A DNA stretch of 64,000 nucleotides from the human T2T-CHM13v2.0 reference genome, Homo sapiens. Each line of letters begins with the position of its first letter. Position 1 is the stretch's first letter. The notes below the pieces were generated by a model, which made no database searches, had not been told where the DNA came from, and saw only the letters and a program-made list of their open reading frames with translations. Shown here in pieces: positions 1 through 38,870 of the stretch. The position numbers and the translations under genes were made by a program. The stretch is taken from assembly GCF_009914755.1 (NCBI RefSeq), contig NC_060935.1. One strand, 5' to 3'.

Positions 1-387
1 TAGCGCTGGGCCTAAATAAACTGGATCCAACTTCTCAGGCTGGACTTCTTCCAGCTTCGGGACACCTTCTCCCAGCATCCCTCCCTAGGGGGAACTGGGG
101 AAAATCAAAGGCTGAGACAGGGGAAATGCGAGGGCTTCGGAGGGACATACCCTCTTCCCCAGGCCCAGGTCGCTCCATCCCTGCTGGGGCCTCAGGGCTC
201 ATGTCTGGGATTTCCCCACCTTTGCGGGGCAGGAGCGGCTCCTCTTGGGCGGGGAAGGAGGCAGGGCCGGCTCGTCTCCCCATTCCCCTCTCCCGGACCC
301 GAGGAGCAGGAAGCGGCGGCTCCTTCGGCCACCCAGGCAGCAGCCACAGCGGGGAGTGCGCGGCGCGGGGACAGGAAGAGAGGGGCA

Positions 388-13299
<12,912 letters not shown>

Positions 13300-14696
13300 T
13301 CACTTCCAACAGACCCCAGGCCTCCTCCTCCTCCTTTATGGGGATGCAAGCTCCCCAAATGAATACCCTCTCCAATCCAAGACACCTACCACCTTTTGCC
13401 ACTCGCTTCTGAGTTCACAGGGGCCCTTGCATCCTAGCAGACCCCCTCTGGAGATGGAGGGAGGCACAGCGGTGAGGGAAGCAGGATCCTCCCATCTCAC
13501 GTCTTGGGCTCTTGGCTCCTTACCTCAGGCTGGGGCGGGAGAGCCAGACACATGTGCTTTGCTCAAGGGGCAGAAGCTAAAAGTTCAAAGGAGGTTTCTG
13601 CTCACTAAAGTCCCAGCCAGCCATCTGTTGCCACACTGACCACACCTAATCCAGTGCCCCTGGTCCCAATGCCTGGGTCTCCCTCATGGCATTTTGAGGA
13701 TATAGGAAGGGTGCACTCCAACTGTGGATAAGTCACCCTATGTGAGATGTGAGGTCCCTGGTCCCCAGCACCACCCTTCATCCTACATCGTGTCCAGTTT
13801 TACAGCCAGATTTCAAACTCTGAAGTCAAGAAAGCTGAGGCTCTGAGGCTCCTGTTTAGAGATGGATTGGCCTGTGGAACCAAGTTGCATATAGAGGCCA
13901 GCAGCGTTAGTATGGTGTGCTTGTGTGTGTATGCGATTTGTCTAATGTAGGGTATATGTGTGTTCATATGTGTGTGTGAGTTCACATAAAGACAGGAGGC
14001 AGAGGCAGCAGAGGGAGTTGGAGGGGGTGATGATGGTGAGGGGTGGGTTGTCTGGACTCAGTATGGAGCTTGCAGGGCTCACTTTTGTGACCACACCCAG
14101 GCCACCCATCAGCTGTCCTGTCCTGTCCTGCTGGTTGTGGCTGGAGCTGTTCACACTAACTTTATGTGACCAGGGCCCTAGTTCAGCTTCCAGGAGAGCA
14201 GCCAACAATTTGGAGGGAGTAGGGACAGGATGAGTTTCCTGGGGTCCTATCCTGCTCCTTCTGTCTCCCTACACTGCTGGTCAGCATAGTAGAAGCAGCT
14301 CCTCCCACTCAAGGATGTTTTGCAATTGTCAGAGAAAAGGAATCATCTGTCCCAACTATTGGCCAGCTCTCAGCCAAGCTGATTGGCAGGCCCACCTCTG
14401 CGTGTCATTCTCCTGGGCTGGGCACTCCAGTCTGGGCATGGGGACAGCAGCTAGCAGCCTGGCATCAGCATGGGGTGAGAGAGGTGGGGCAGAGGAAATG
14501 TGTTGCCCACGTGCAATCCTGTTGAATTAACAAGTCCCTTTCAGTAGAGCTAGCAGCTTTGTGTCCTCCATCCTTTGGCCTCTGGACCACAGCTCCAGCC
14601 TGTTGGGCCCTGGGCCCTTTACCACCACCTTGCCATAGCTTATGGCCACCATGGAAAGTCAGATGTGAGCCCAGGAAGCTGGAGTGTGTCCTAGAG

Positions 14697-14876
14697 CCAT
14701 GGTTATAAACCGAGCCTGCACGTTAAAATCTCCTGGGCAAGGGGCTTTTAAAATATACCAACGCCTGGCCCTACCCTCAACCAATTAAACCAGAACCTCC
14801 AGGGTAGGACCTTGGTGTGAGCATCATTAACAATTCCCAAGTGATTCTGAAGAGCACCCAGGGCTGAGAAGCACTG
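14697..14876. mobile_element. MER5-like DNA transposon remnant
   Basis: CCAATTAAACCAGAACCTCC...CCCAAGTGATTCTG...CCAGGGCTGAGAAGCACTG. Confidence 0.7.
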
Positions 14877-15869
14877 GAGCATCCCATGGTTTCTCTCTGT
14901 GCCCTTCCTTAGCATAACCTTGCAGACATCAGTGGCCAGCAGCTTGGGTGTCAGAGGTCTTTTTCTCTTCCATTTGGACTCCTGACGACTGGGTTCAGGG
15001 GACACTCAGCTGACTGTTCCATCTTCCTACTCCCTGCTAGCTGCCCAGCTCAATCTCTTTAGTCTCACTGAGACTAAGCCTTAGGCAAAACTTGTAGTTA
15101 AAGATTCCCCTAGGAGTTCTAGCTTTCCCAGAACATGCGGGAGCAAGAGGAGGGAAGTGGAGGAGGCACAGGGCTGTTTGCTTCTCTTTGCACTCTGAAG
15201 TCTCCCACCAGTGTCTGCCAGGATCCTATCTGCCCTTCCAGATCTAACTCCAAATCTAGGACTCTATGAGAGCCAGAGAAGGCTCTGGGGCTACATACTT
15301 CCAGCCAAGGGTGCTCAGATCCATCAGTGGGAGTGATCAGGAGGGAACCAAAGAGGGAGAAGAGTGGCTGGCTGATCCTATTGGAAAGAGCTGAGAACTG
15401 AGAAAAGGCCTTGAAGAAAAGAGTTAGAAAAAGTAGATGAACCTTTTGCACCTAGTGTCCAATGAATGGCAGGGATGCTGTGGAGATGTGGACAGGACTG
15501 TCCCTGGGAATCATTTCAGCTCTGGTGATCCTGAGTCTAGGCAGAGATTCTCACACCCCTGCTTCCTCCACTTCCTTCCTCTAAGAGATAACTCTTAGAG
15601 GTGACTTCAGGCCAGCCCTGGACAACATGGCCCTTCATTGCCTACCAGTGTCTTCTTCTGCCCTATCAAGCCACTCCTAGCCAGACACAGACACACACAC
15701 AAACACACACGGTATCCACCTTGAGTCCCATTTCAACACAGCTGCCTTCTAGAGCTTCCCTAGGGATGTTTAAAATTGGGTTTGAATGAGGCCCTTGAAA
15801 TTCCCAAGGAGAGGGTCTCCAGTAGAAGTTCAAGCCCTATTTAGGGGAGATTGGGGATCGGGGGGAAAG

Positions 15870-16075
15870 AGCTCCCCAATTTCTTACTGGGCATCTCCAC
15901 TTGGAGGGAGAAGGGAATGCTCAGTTTGGGACACTTTGAGTTGAAGGGGTCTACAGGAGTAGACCTTCAACTCAAAGTGTCCCAAACTGAGCATTCCCTT
16001 CTCCCTCCACAAGCCTGACTTCACCCTTTATACCCTATTTTAGTTGAAGGTATCCAAACTCCTAACTTAGGAGCC
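15870..16075 (+). mobile_element. L2 fragment containing a foldback insertion
   Basis: CTTACTGGGCATCTCCACTTGGA ... CCTTCAACTCAAAGTGTCCCAAACTGAGC resembles L2 consensus CCTACTGGACATCTCCACTTGGATGTCCCACAGGCACCTCAAACTCAACATGTCCAAAACTGAACT. Confidence 0.7.
15902..16009. repeat. Near-perfect inverted repeat (46-bp arms, 16-nt spacer) within an L2 fragment
   Basis: 15902-15947 is the exact reverse complement of 15964-16009. Confidence 0.97.
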
Positions 16076-16084
16076 ATTCTGGAT

Positions 16085-16260
16085 CAGCACTGGGAGGATG
16101 GAAGCCTTCTACATCCACACTGCTCAGTAGGATAGCCGCCAGCCACAGATGCTCCTGAGCACTTGAAATGTGGCTAGTGTAACCAAGGAATCAAGTTTTT
16201 TTATTTCAATAAATTAAATGTGGGTATCTAGCCACATGGGGACAGTGGACAGCACAGTCT
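16085..16260. mobile_element. MER3-like hAT-Charlie element
   Basis: TGAGCACTTGAAATGTGGCTAGTGTAACCAAGGAA...TAGCCACATG...GGACAGCACAG. Confidence 0.75.
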
Positions 16261-19200
16261 ATACCTGTCTTGCCTCCGCCAGGCAGTTGCCATGTTGCGT
16301 GGGGTCGATCAGGAAAGATTTTCCTGGAAGATGCATATGTTGAATGAGGACAAGGACAGAGCAGAAGAGGAGCAAAGCCTGGACTGGATAGAAGGGGAGA
16401 GGATTGGCTGGGGAATGTGAAAGAGACACAGCTGCTATGGGGAGCAGAGAGTGGCCAGCTGAAGGAGGGACAGTGCTGTTGAGGTGCAGGTGTGGGAGGT
16501 GCGTATTCAATGGAGAGACCTTAATGTTCATTCTGATTTGGGAGCTCCCACGCAGGATGAGGGACAGTTGGGAGCTGCTGTCAGTTTCCCAGCAGAAGGA
16601 GGATGCAATCAGAACACGCCATGCATCCTAAAGACCTCTTCAGCTGTGTGCAGGATGAGGAAATGGGGGACAGTGGTGGGAGATGGGGACCCTGCCCTAT
16701 GGGGCTTCAGAGCAAGGCACACCTGGCTTGGCATCCCAATTCTGCCTTTTGCTAGCTGTGGACTTTACCCAGACTTTCCAGATTTCGGCATCTGTATTTA
16801 TAACAGATTTGTTATCTTGGGGATGCAATTAGATCACGCCTATCTCCAGCACACATTGGTACTCACCATCACTTCTCTCCTCTTCCAGCTTTCTGTTCCT
16901 GTCCTTTCTCACCAGTGTTACTCAGGTAACCCCTTCATTACCCTTTACTCATATGACAGCCTCCTTTCCCATCCTAAACTGTGCTTGATCCAATCCAGCC
17001 CACCTCAAGGAGGACATTCCTGGGTCCTGGGAGATGGCATCCCCTAGCCTAGCCATCCCCAGAGATGCAGATAGCTGAGATTGTTCCACCTGGATCCCTT
17101 CTTGTGCTGGGAGATGGAAGCTGTTGGTGGAACCCTCCAGTTATGAGGCTGGGAATCCTAAAGGAGCAGGGAGGCTTGGCAAGCTGTCTCCACAGCAAAG
17201 TGTAGGGCAGAGGCCTAAACAGGCTGCCGCGACTGTCTTGAAGGGAGGCAGGACTGCAGGGATCAGCAGAAAACTCCTCACGGCTGAAAAGGCCTACGGG
17301 AAATGAGGAGACTGGGGAGACCGTGTCCCTCTCCAAAGCCAACCTGAGGGCACTGAGCCCCAGGAAGAGAATGATAATGGGCAGGGCTGAGAAGGGGAGG
17401 AAACAGGGCTCCAGGCCTGTGGCAAGAAGGAGAGGAAGGAGGGAGCCCCAGGACTTCCTGAACACACAGATGGCAGCTCCAAGGTGATCTTGTGTTCAGG
17501 AACATTCCTTTCCTGATGCCCCCTGTGCTTACCTATAGAACACATCTCACCAATAAGTGAGGGCCTCCAGTGAGTTAGGGCTCCAGCCCACTCTGAAACC
17601 CAGCCAGCATTGCTGCAGCACCCACCAACCCCAGGCCCTTCTTCCTGCTAATGCTGTGTCCTCTTCTTCCACCGGTGCCTGCCGGGATCCGATCTGCCCT
17701 TCCAGATCCAACTTGCCTGTTCCTGCCCACGAAGACGTCTCTGCTTGCCCCCTGGAGATGCTCACTCCTTCCTCAGGGGCATTCTGTCCCGATGCCCAGT
17801 GCAGTGAGGTTGACAGAGCTTCTCTTGGGTCCACCTTCCTTGCTCATTGCATGCCACATCACCACGCCCTACTTGTTTCTGTGTTCCATCCAGTCCTCTC
17901 TTAGTGCCCTGGTGTCTGGAGCTCAGAGGGTGCTTCCTCCCTGCTTGCTGAATCGGATTACAGGCAGCAGGGGTTTTTGCTGTAAGGTAATGTTAGGGAC
18001 AGAGGGCAGGAACCAGGCTGGGCTGAGGTCGGGGAGGGAAACTGTGGGTGGCTGGGTCTAGTGGACTCGGGCAGGCAGACCTGGGTGCATGTCTTCGCTG
18101 AGCCATTTACTAGTTGCAGATCTCAGGTTGCTAAAACTATCTTAGCTTGATGGTATCATCTAGCAGCAATAATGTTTATCTCTGGGTCATTGTAAGAATT
18201 AAACCTGATGCCCTGCCAGTCAGAGGGCAAGGCAGTTAATAAGCACTCAACACATTCATTTCTTGCAGTTCCTCCTAAATCAGAGGAATGTTTCTCTTGC
18301 AATAAGACATAGACAGCCCATCCCTTGGGAGCCTTTTGCAAGGATGCTCTTAGAAGCCTCTGCCCATTTTTCTTTGCCGATACATTCAGGAAAGGAAAGG
18401 GAGACTCTCCTTCAGTGCCTTGGTGTAGGCTGAGACACCGAGGCCCCCTGGGAAACACCTACGGATCAGGTCAGTTATAGGGCAAAGGCTAGCCCCACTA
18501 GCCAGTCATGCCTCCTCTACCCAGAGCCTGGGTCAGGTCTGTGCTGTCAGCCCTGGGAGAAAACCAACAAGGGACTTGTCTTCTCCAGGGCAGTGTCCTG
18601 CCTCTCTTGCCCCTCCCATGCTTTCCCCTGCCCTGGACGCAGCACAGAGCCTGGCCCCCAAATGACCCTCCCAACTTACACACTCCTGGGGGCAACAGGA
18701 CAGAGTGTTTGGAGTTGGGCCTGATCAGGAAAATCCAGAAGGTATGGATGGCCCAGCTTTGTCTCTGCACAGTCGGTGGCCCCAGGCCCTGCCCCTCCCA
18801 TTCCTGGAATGGCACCACCTCACCCCCTTCCTGATAGCATTCCTTCACTTCCTGTGCAGCTCTGACACCCCTGGCCCTGGGGTGCCAGGGAGGTGGCCCC
18901 CTCTCCCTGGCCTCACACGCAGCTCTGGGTGTCAGAAGCCAGATGTGAAAGTGGGAGAAAGCCACATGCAAGTGGAGCGGTCACACAGCACTTCCTATGA
19001 ACTTGGGGTTGTCTCTGGCTCCAGCTGTGAGTGAAAGGTCTCTCCACATCCCTCCTTGCCATTCCCTCTCCTGCGCCTCTCTGGGCCTCTGCTCCAATGA
19101 GGCCTTATTTGCCAAGTAGCAGAACTGTGATGAGAGAGGAAGCAGGAAGCTGTTCCTACCAGGTACCCCCTTCCCACGTCCCCTCTAACCCCACAAAGCC

Positions 19201-22130
19201 AGGATAGGTCTCCCTACTCCAAAGATGGTCCACTCTCCCCCCACCAGCTTCCTGCTTCCCCTGCACCCCCAGAAACTAGTGTAGCAGAGCCAGGTCCACC
19301 TGGTTGGCAGGAGAGGACCCTCTGGCACACAGATGCCCAGACTGGCCCTCTCACTCCTGAAGCCCCACTAATAACTGCTCTGCCCCCACCACCTACCCAC
19401 TTGCTCCCTGGAGAGGCCCAAGTTCTGTTTACATGCACCCCAGGCTGTTACCCTACAGGTCTGGTCCAAAACAAGTATTCTTTCTCTTTTAAAAAAAATC
19501 TTCTGACCATCCTAGCCTCTTTCAGCTGCACTCACGCTGGTCAGAAGCCAGGGCTGGAATGGACACTATAAGAGGTAAAATCAGAAGATTTAGCCTGAAA
19601 GGGAAACTACCCTTTCTGTATGAGAGGCTTCTCTTCTGTAAGTGGAGACGATAAGAATGCCCCTCACTCCAGTGGGTTAGGAGAAGAACATGCCATCAGG
19701 GAGGGCAAAGCCCGCAGAGAGGGCCCTGTGCAGATGGAAGCTAAAGTTGCACACTCAGCCCAGGTCCTGGGACCCAGGAGGGCAGGGAGCCAGTGGCACA
19801 CAGAGAGGGCTGGGCCACCAGGTGAAAGGAGCTATGCAGTCCCTGGGGACAGGGATGTTTTAGGAAGAGATTCCAGATAGGAGGGGATGCTGGAAATGCC
19901 CCCAAAGCAGGCCGGGCTTCAGTGTTCTTAGTTGCAGGCAACTGGCTGTGCCTGTGGTGAGACCACCTGGAAAGCAGGATCTGTAGCTGCTTCTTTCAGG
20001 GCCTCCTGCCCCAGCCACGCAGGAAGTAGTGGTCCATGCTGTCAGTCTTCCTGCCCCTACTGGTGCCCTACCTAATTGTTCAAGGCCAAGGCACACCAGG
20101 GCTGCTGTGTCACACGTCATCTAGGAGAAAGGTGCCTTGGAAGTGCGCAGCATGTGCCTGTGCTGTGTCTGCCGTCCCTGGGCTCTGCCTTGGGGGAAGC
20201 AGAGTCTCACTTTGTTGTGATCCCACCAGACTGGACTCACGAAGGCAGGGCCGGTGACCATTCTTGACTGTTTTAATCCCAGCACCTCACCCAGGGCCTG
20301 GAGCACAAGAATTGCTCAATAAATATTCCCTAAGGAAGACAGCAGATGGGTGGACGAAGCAATGCAACTTCTTAGTCTGCTAGACAACTCGTCTTCTAAT
20401 TCCCAGGAACTTTCCCCAGCCCAGGGCCACCTGAGAGTCCTTCAGGACCCAGGAGGAAGAACGAGGGCCTGAAGCCTTGAAGACTTGCAGTTACCTCTGG
20501 GTCTGCTCCTTTGTGACTGTGTGATTTCCATTCCCATCTAAGATGACATATGCAAAGTGCCCCACTGTGCCTGGCCCTTAGGTGGTGATCCTGGGCTGTG
20601 CTCTAGGAAAGGGCAGGGCAGGGGACAAGGGTGCAGACTCTACCTGCTGTAAAGGCAAATGAATGATCCTTTGATTAAAAGGCACTCTACAGAGCGGCAC
20701 AGGCACAGACAGAAACCTAGGGAAAGGCAAAGAGGAGTGAAAACTGGAGGCTTCCTTTCCATCCTGTCGTCAAGAGCAAGAGACCATCGTCAGGACCTCT
20801 CTGGAGAGAGTCAGAGCCTGGGCCACCCCCTTCCACCTTGTGTTCCCGTGTCGTGTCGGGTCCTACTCCTCCCATTTCTTTGCCCCTGAAGTGCTGAGGG
20901 GGGGAGAGGGTGGAGCCCAGCCCTCCCCCTGCCCACTCTAGCTGTCAATCTGCTGTCTGGCAGAAAGACATGAAGCCTCGTGACAACTGTGGGCAACTTT
21001 CCCCTGCCCCGCCTCCCGCCCCTGCCCTGCCCTCTTCCCCTCTGCTCCCTGTCAATGCTCTTCTCACTCTGCTCTGGGTCTCCCTTCCGTCCCTCCCTCT
21101 CTCCCTCCCTCCCTTCCTTCTTCTTTCCTCTGCTTCTCTTTGTCATCTCTTCCAATCCTCACATCTGATAAGCCTGTATACCCTCATAAGATTCCTAATT
21201 GTGGGATATACTTTTAAGCGTCCATCCAGGCCAAGATCTTTCACAGACTTTGAGCATGGTATGTGTGCAATGGGGATGGGTTGGGTCCCTGGGGCTTCTA
21301 GACCCCTTGGGGACCTGATGCTTTCCAGAGGAGATGGTCACTGGGTCCTTGGTGTTATGACCCAGTCCGAGTTAGACTAGGGGCCTGTTTTGCTCACTTT
21401 CCAGAATCAGGGTGCTCCTGGGGACAGGAGCCTCTCCCAGGGCTTAGTGCTACCTTTAGGTTTAAGGAGAAGATCAAAGTCCATAATTAACTGTTCAGGG
21501 CAAGTTAAGTGCTCCAAACTTTGGTGCTAAAAATATTGTATTTAGCATGCAAATTACGCCCTGACAGCTCCCCAGCGCCTGAGCCCGTGGGTGCTGGCAC
21601 CTTGTTTGTCATCACTGCGGTTATTCTCAAGGTGGTAAGAATATTCCTCCCTCACTGGGTTGATTTACGCTTCATTTGTAGAAAGCCAAGTTTCTGTTGT
21701 CAGGGCAGTACCAAGTTTTTGCCCCGGAAGGCTTGGAGCTTGGGACCGGCCTGGAAGCTGAGAGGAGGGAGAACTGTCCAGGCCGCAGTGGTCAGGGCCT
21801 TCCCTGCTTCTCCCAGCCTGCCCTAGAGGAAGGGGATCCTGACATGGGACAGAAGACAGGGCAAGGGACATAGGCAGACACAGGCAATGCCAGTGCATCC
21901 AAGGCCACCTTTTCCACAGAGCCTTCTCTGCCCTGGTGGGTAAGAGGGCAAAGGATGAGTCCTTCAGAGGAAGCAGGAGCTGCAACAGGGGAGGTGGAGC
22001 AGTGGGGGCAACCTGGCTTCCCTTGGGTTAGACCCTGCAGACACAGGGGTCTTCCTATACTTGAATGCCAAGCACAGAAGTGGCACTGCTGCCTTCTACC
22101 CAGGGGTCCTGGAAGGTGACTCGTCAAAGT

Positions 22131-22136
22131 TTTATT
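22131..22136 (-). terminator. DRD2: DRD2 polyadenylation signal AATAAA
   Basis: TTTATT on the + strand, about 1.1 kb downstream of the DRD2 stop. Confidence 0.88.
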
Positions 22137-22694
22137 AGTTTGGTGCATGGATAGTGATGTTACAGAGTCTAGGCCCCAGGGGCTCTCCCAAGCTGCAGCT
22201 TCCCCTCCTTCCTCAGGGCAGGGCCAGGCCAGGCCAGATGGTTTTCAGCAGCCTCTTAGCCGTGGGCTCCTCTAAGGCAGAGGCAGTGGAAGGGAAGGGA
22301 AACAGGAGAGAGGAAAGGCCAGAAGGAATAGAAAAGGAAAGTGGTTTTGCGTCAGAGTGTGGCAGAGGCAGTCCCTCAAAGAACCTCTGATGTCCCCTAG
22401 CCCAGGCCCAGATAGAGTTCCAGGGCCTGACCTCCCTGCCAGGCCCCAGGCTGGCCAGCATGTGCTGTGAGAAGGGATACATTGCAGGGCCGTCAGAAGG
22501 CAGCAGGGTGGGCTAGGCCAAGGAGTTCCTCTCCCCATAGACCCTCCTGGGCCCTTCAAGATGAGGGCTCCTCTTCTCAGAGCATGTGGAAACCACTTGG
22601 GGAGCTGTAACGGGGTGAGGTGGGTCCGGACTAGCCTGGAAAGTAGAGGTCCACATCGGGGTGCGGGAGGGAGCTAAGGTTTTTGGCTTGGGAA

Positions 22695-22872
22695 TCTCTG
22701 GGGTCCAACCTGCAGTCTGGTATTTACATGGGTCTCCCAGGACTGAAGTTGCCTGGCTCCTCGGCAAGAGAGCTTGCTTGCCTCCTGTGGGCCTTGCAGG
22801 GTGTGAACTGTCCATCTCTCCCCACCGCCTGCTCCACGCCAAGCCCCACAAACAGAAAACTCAGCCTCTGGG
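22695..22872 (-). promoter_or_regulatory. Two miR-326 seed matches (CCCAGAG) in DRD2 3' UTR at 22695-22702 and 22866-22872
   Basis: CTCTGGG occurs on the + strand at both positions; miR-326 seed CUCUGGG recalled. Confidence 0.5.
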
Positions 22873-22932
22873 CCCTGACTCAGGCTCCAGCAACCCTAGA
22901 GCCCCAGAGGAAGGTCAAGGAAGGCGGCTGCA

Positions 22933-22940
22933 TCTTTGGT
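22933..22940 (-). promoter_or_regulatory. miR-9-5p 8mer seed match (ACCAAAGA) in DRD2 3' UTR
   Basis: TCTTTGGT on + reads ACCAAAGA on the mRNA, complementary to the miR-9 seed CUUUGGU. Confidence 0.65.
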
Positions 22941-23228
22941 GCCAAGGATAGGGGGACTGGAGGTGGGAGGGGGGACTCTATGAGCTGCCCCTGAGCTGGG
23001 GGGCCCAGCCCCAGGGCTGGTACCATGCCCAGCTCACTAGCACTGCCCTGGCAGAGTGAGGGTGTGCGGGCAGTGAGGAGCATGGAGCCAAGCGAACACT
23101 GCAGGGCCTGCCGGGGTGAAGAGGAGGCCGATCCACCCAGGCCTTCCTGCTCACGGTTCGCAAGGGTGAGGCTGGCTGGCCTGGGCAGGGAGGTGGGAAG
23201 CAGGCTGCTGTGCGGGCAGGCAGCAGAG

Positions 23229-37155
<13,927 letters not shown>

Positions 37156-37434
37156 CAGGGCGGTGGAGCCACTGGGTGGCCAGGCTCTGGCCAGGAAAAA
37201 TGGACACAAGGTGTCAGTGAGAGGGCCTCTTGCAGAGGTCTCCAGGAAGAAGACCAACTCCTGGCATTTAATAATGAGAATTTTCCAACTCGGGATTTTA
37301 AGGTTTACGGCTAAGAATTTTCTAAAAATGTTGGGCCTTCTGCCACTCTTTTGCTAGCAAGTTTTTACAGCTGGTAGGACAAATGAGCAAACACAATTTT
37401 TTAAAAATGCATAATAAGATGAGCTTGAACAGAG

Positions 37435-38870
37435 CTGATCCATCATTTATTTATTCATTCAACAAACACTTCTTAAGCACGACCCATGCACCACACACTT
37501 CAGTTAACCAGGCTTGCTACCTTCTAGTCATCGAAACAGAAATGGGTATTCATTCATTCTTGATTCTATAAATATTTATTAAGCATTGTTCTATATAGTT
37601 CTAGAAATATAGGCAGGAACAAAATATACATGGTTCTGTAGCTCACATTCTAGGAGAAACAACAGCCAATTAATCAAGCAATTACATCTACGGGTGATAG
37701 GGAGTAGGAAATGGAACAGGGAGAGAGATACATAACCTAGTTCAGGTATTCAGGGAAGGCTTTCTAGAGGAAGTGATGTTCAACAGACAGACAACTGAAG
37801 GATGTGTAGGAATTAGCCAGGTAAAGAACTAGGAGTCAGCAGAAGGTCTAGACATTGGAAGCAGTATATGCAAAGCACAGAGGTAGAGGGGTAGACAGCA
37901 GGTGGAGGGCCTCAAAGAGATTCTGGATAGCTGATGCAGAGGGACCTGGCAAGGGTTGAGTCTGGGGAGGTTGCAATAGGCAAGATCATAGAGGGCCTTA
38001 AAAGTCATGCTAGGAGTTTATACATGATCCTAAGGGCAGCAGGAACCACATGATCAGATTCGCCTTTCGAATAGGTGATTCTGACAGCACTGTGGAGAAC
38101 GGAGAGGAGGGGCCCAGAGTGGAAGCGGGACACCAACTGGGAGGCTGTAGCAGGAATCCAGGTAAGAGATGATGAGGTTTGGCAGGATGCAGGGAGTGAA
38201 AGCCCTGCAGAATGGGCATCTCATCCCACAGAAGGGAAAGACTTCCTGAAGTGGGTATCATCTGGGATGAAGTAGAAGGAGGACTTAGCCTGCTAAATGA
38301 GAGGGGTGGGGGGATGTTCCAGACAGACAATATGACATGGTATCAAATCATCAAACAGCAAACAATTCTGTTTGGCCAAAAATGTAGGGTATGGCAGTAA
38401 CGTTGAGGATAATTAAACTGCAGGGACATTTACAGGCCAGATTGTGTCTTGTCAGCTGGAGAGTCCCTGAGAGGTTGGGCCCAGAGACATGACCCTATTG
38501 GACTGGTGTTCTAGAAAGTGTATGGTGTAGAAGAGAGCTCAGAGGAGAGTGATGTTTTGGCTGTAATTTAGGTTAGAAATTGTGGTCATCTGAACGAAGA
38601 TAGTGGAAACGAGGATGGAGAGACCTGTTCAGAATTAGGAGCTAAACTGCAAGTCAATTTCATGGTCCTTGGTCCTTGGATAGGTGTGGGGCAAAAGTGG
38701 GTATGGGACAAGCAGGGAGATAAGGAGTTGAGGGTAATGCTAGGATTTCTGCGTGGGGCTCTGGGAGGCTGGTGTCGCATATTCACAGAGAAAAGGGACC
38801 AGAGGGGCTCAGGAGCAGACTTGGGAGGCATCAGGAGTTGATGAACTTGACAGCCGGAGTTTTGGTTGTG
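37435..38870 (-). mobile_element. L2 fragments
   Basis: Two L2 3'-end signatures (ATTCATTCAACAAACACTT; ATTCATTC...AAATATTTATTAAGCA) followed by L2-like body. Confidence 0.7.
38067..38070. other. DRD2: TaqIB RFLP site (rs1079597), B2 (cut) allele
   Basis: TCGA present about 0.9 kb upstream of the DRD2 ATG in intron 1; identity from recalled position and flanks. Confidence 0.7.

Larger units (their letters stand above)
22106..23228 (-). other. DRD2: DRD2 3' UTR (about 1.1 kb; 3' end approximate)
   Basis: Lies between the stop codon and the AATAAA at 22131-22136. Confidence 0.85.

Noticed and set aside
20995-21152. Polypyrimidine/polypurine tract with H-DNA or G4 potential
   Set aside because: Low-complexity tract without a clear mirror symmetry; such tracts are common in mammalian DNA.
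37168-37184. CTCF-like CCACTGGGTGGCC in the DRD2 5' UTR
   Set aside because: Partial motif only; cannot be supported without ChIP data.
37156-37257. In-frame N-terminal extension of DRD2 in ORF 36706..37257
   Set aside because: It starts at a non-ATG codon in intron 1, upstream of the exon 2 acceptor at 37186; there is no in-frame ATG before 37155.
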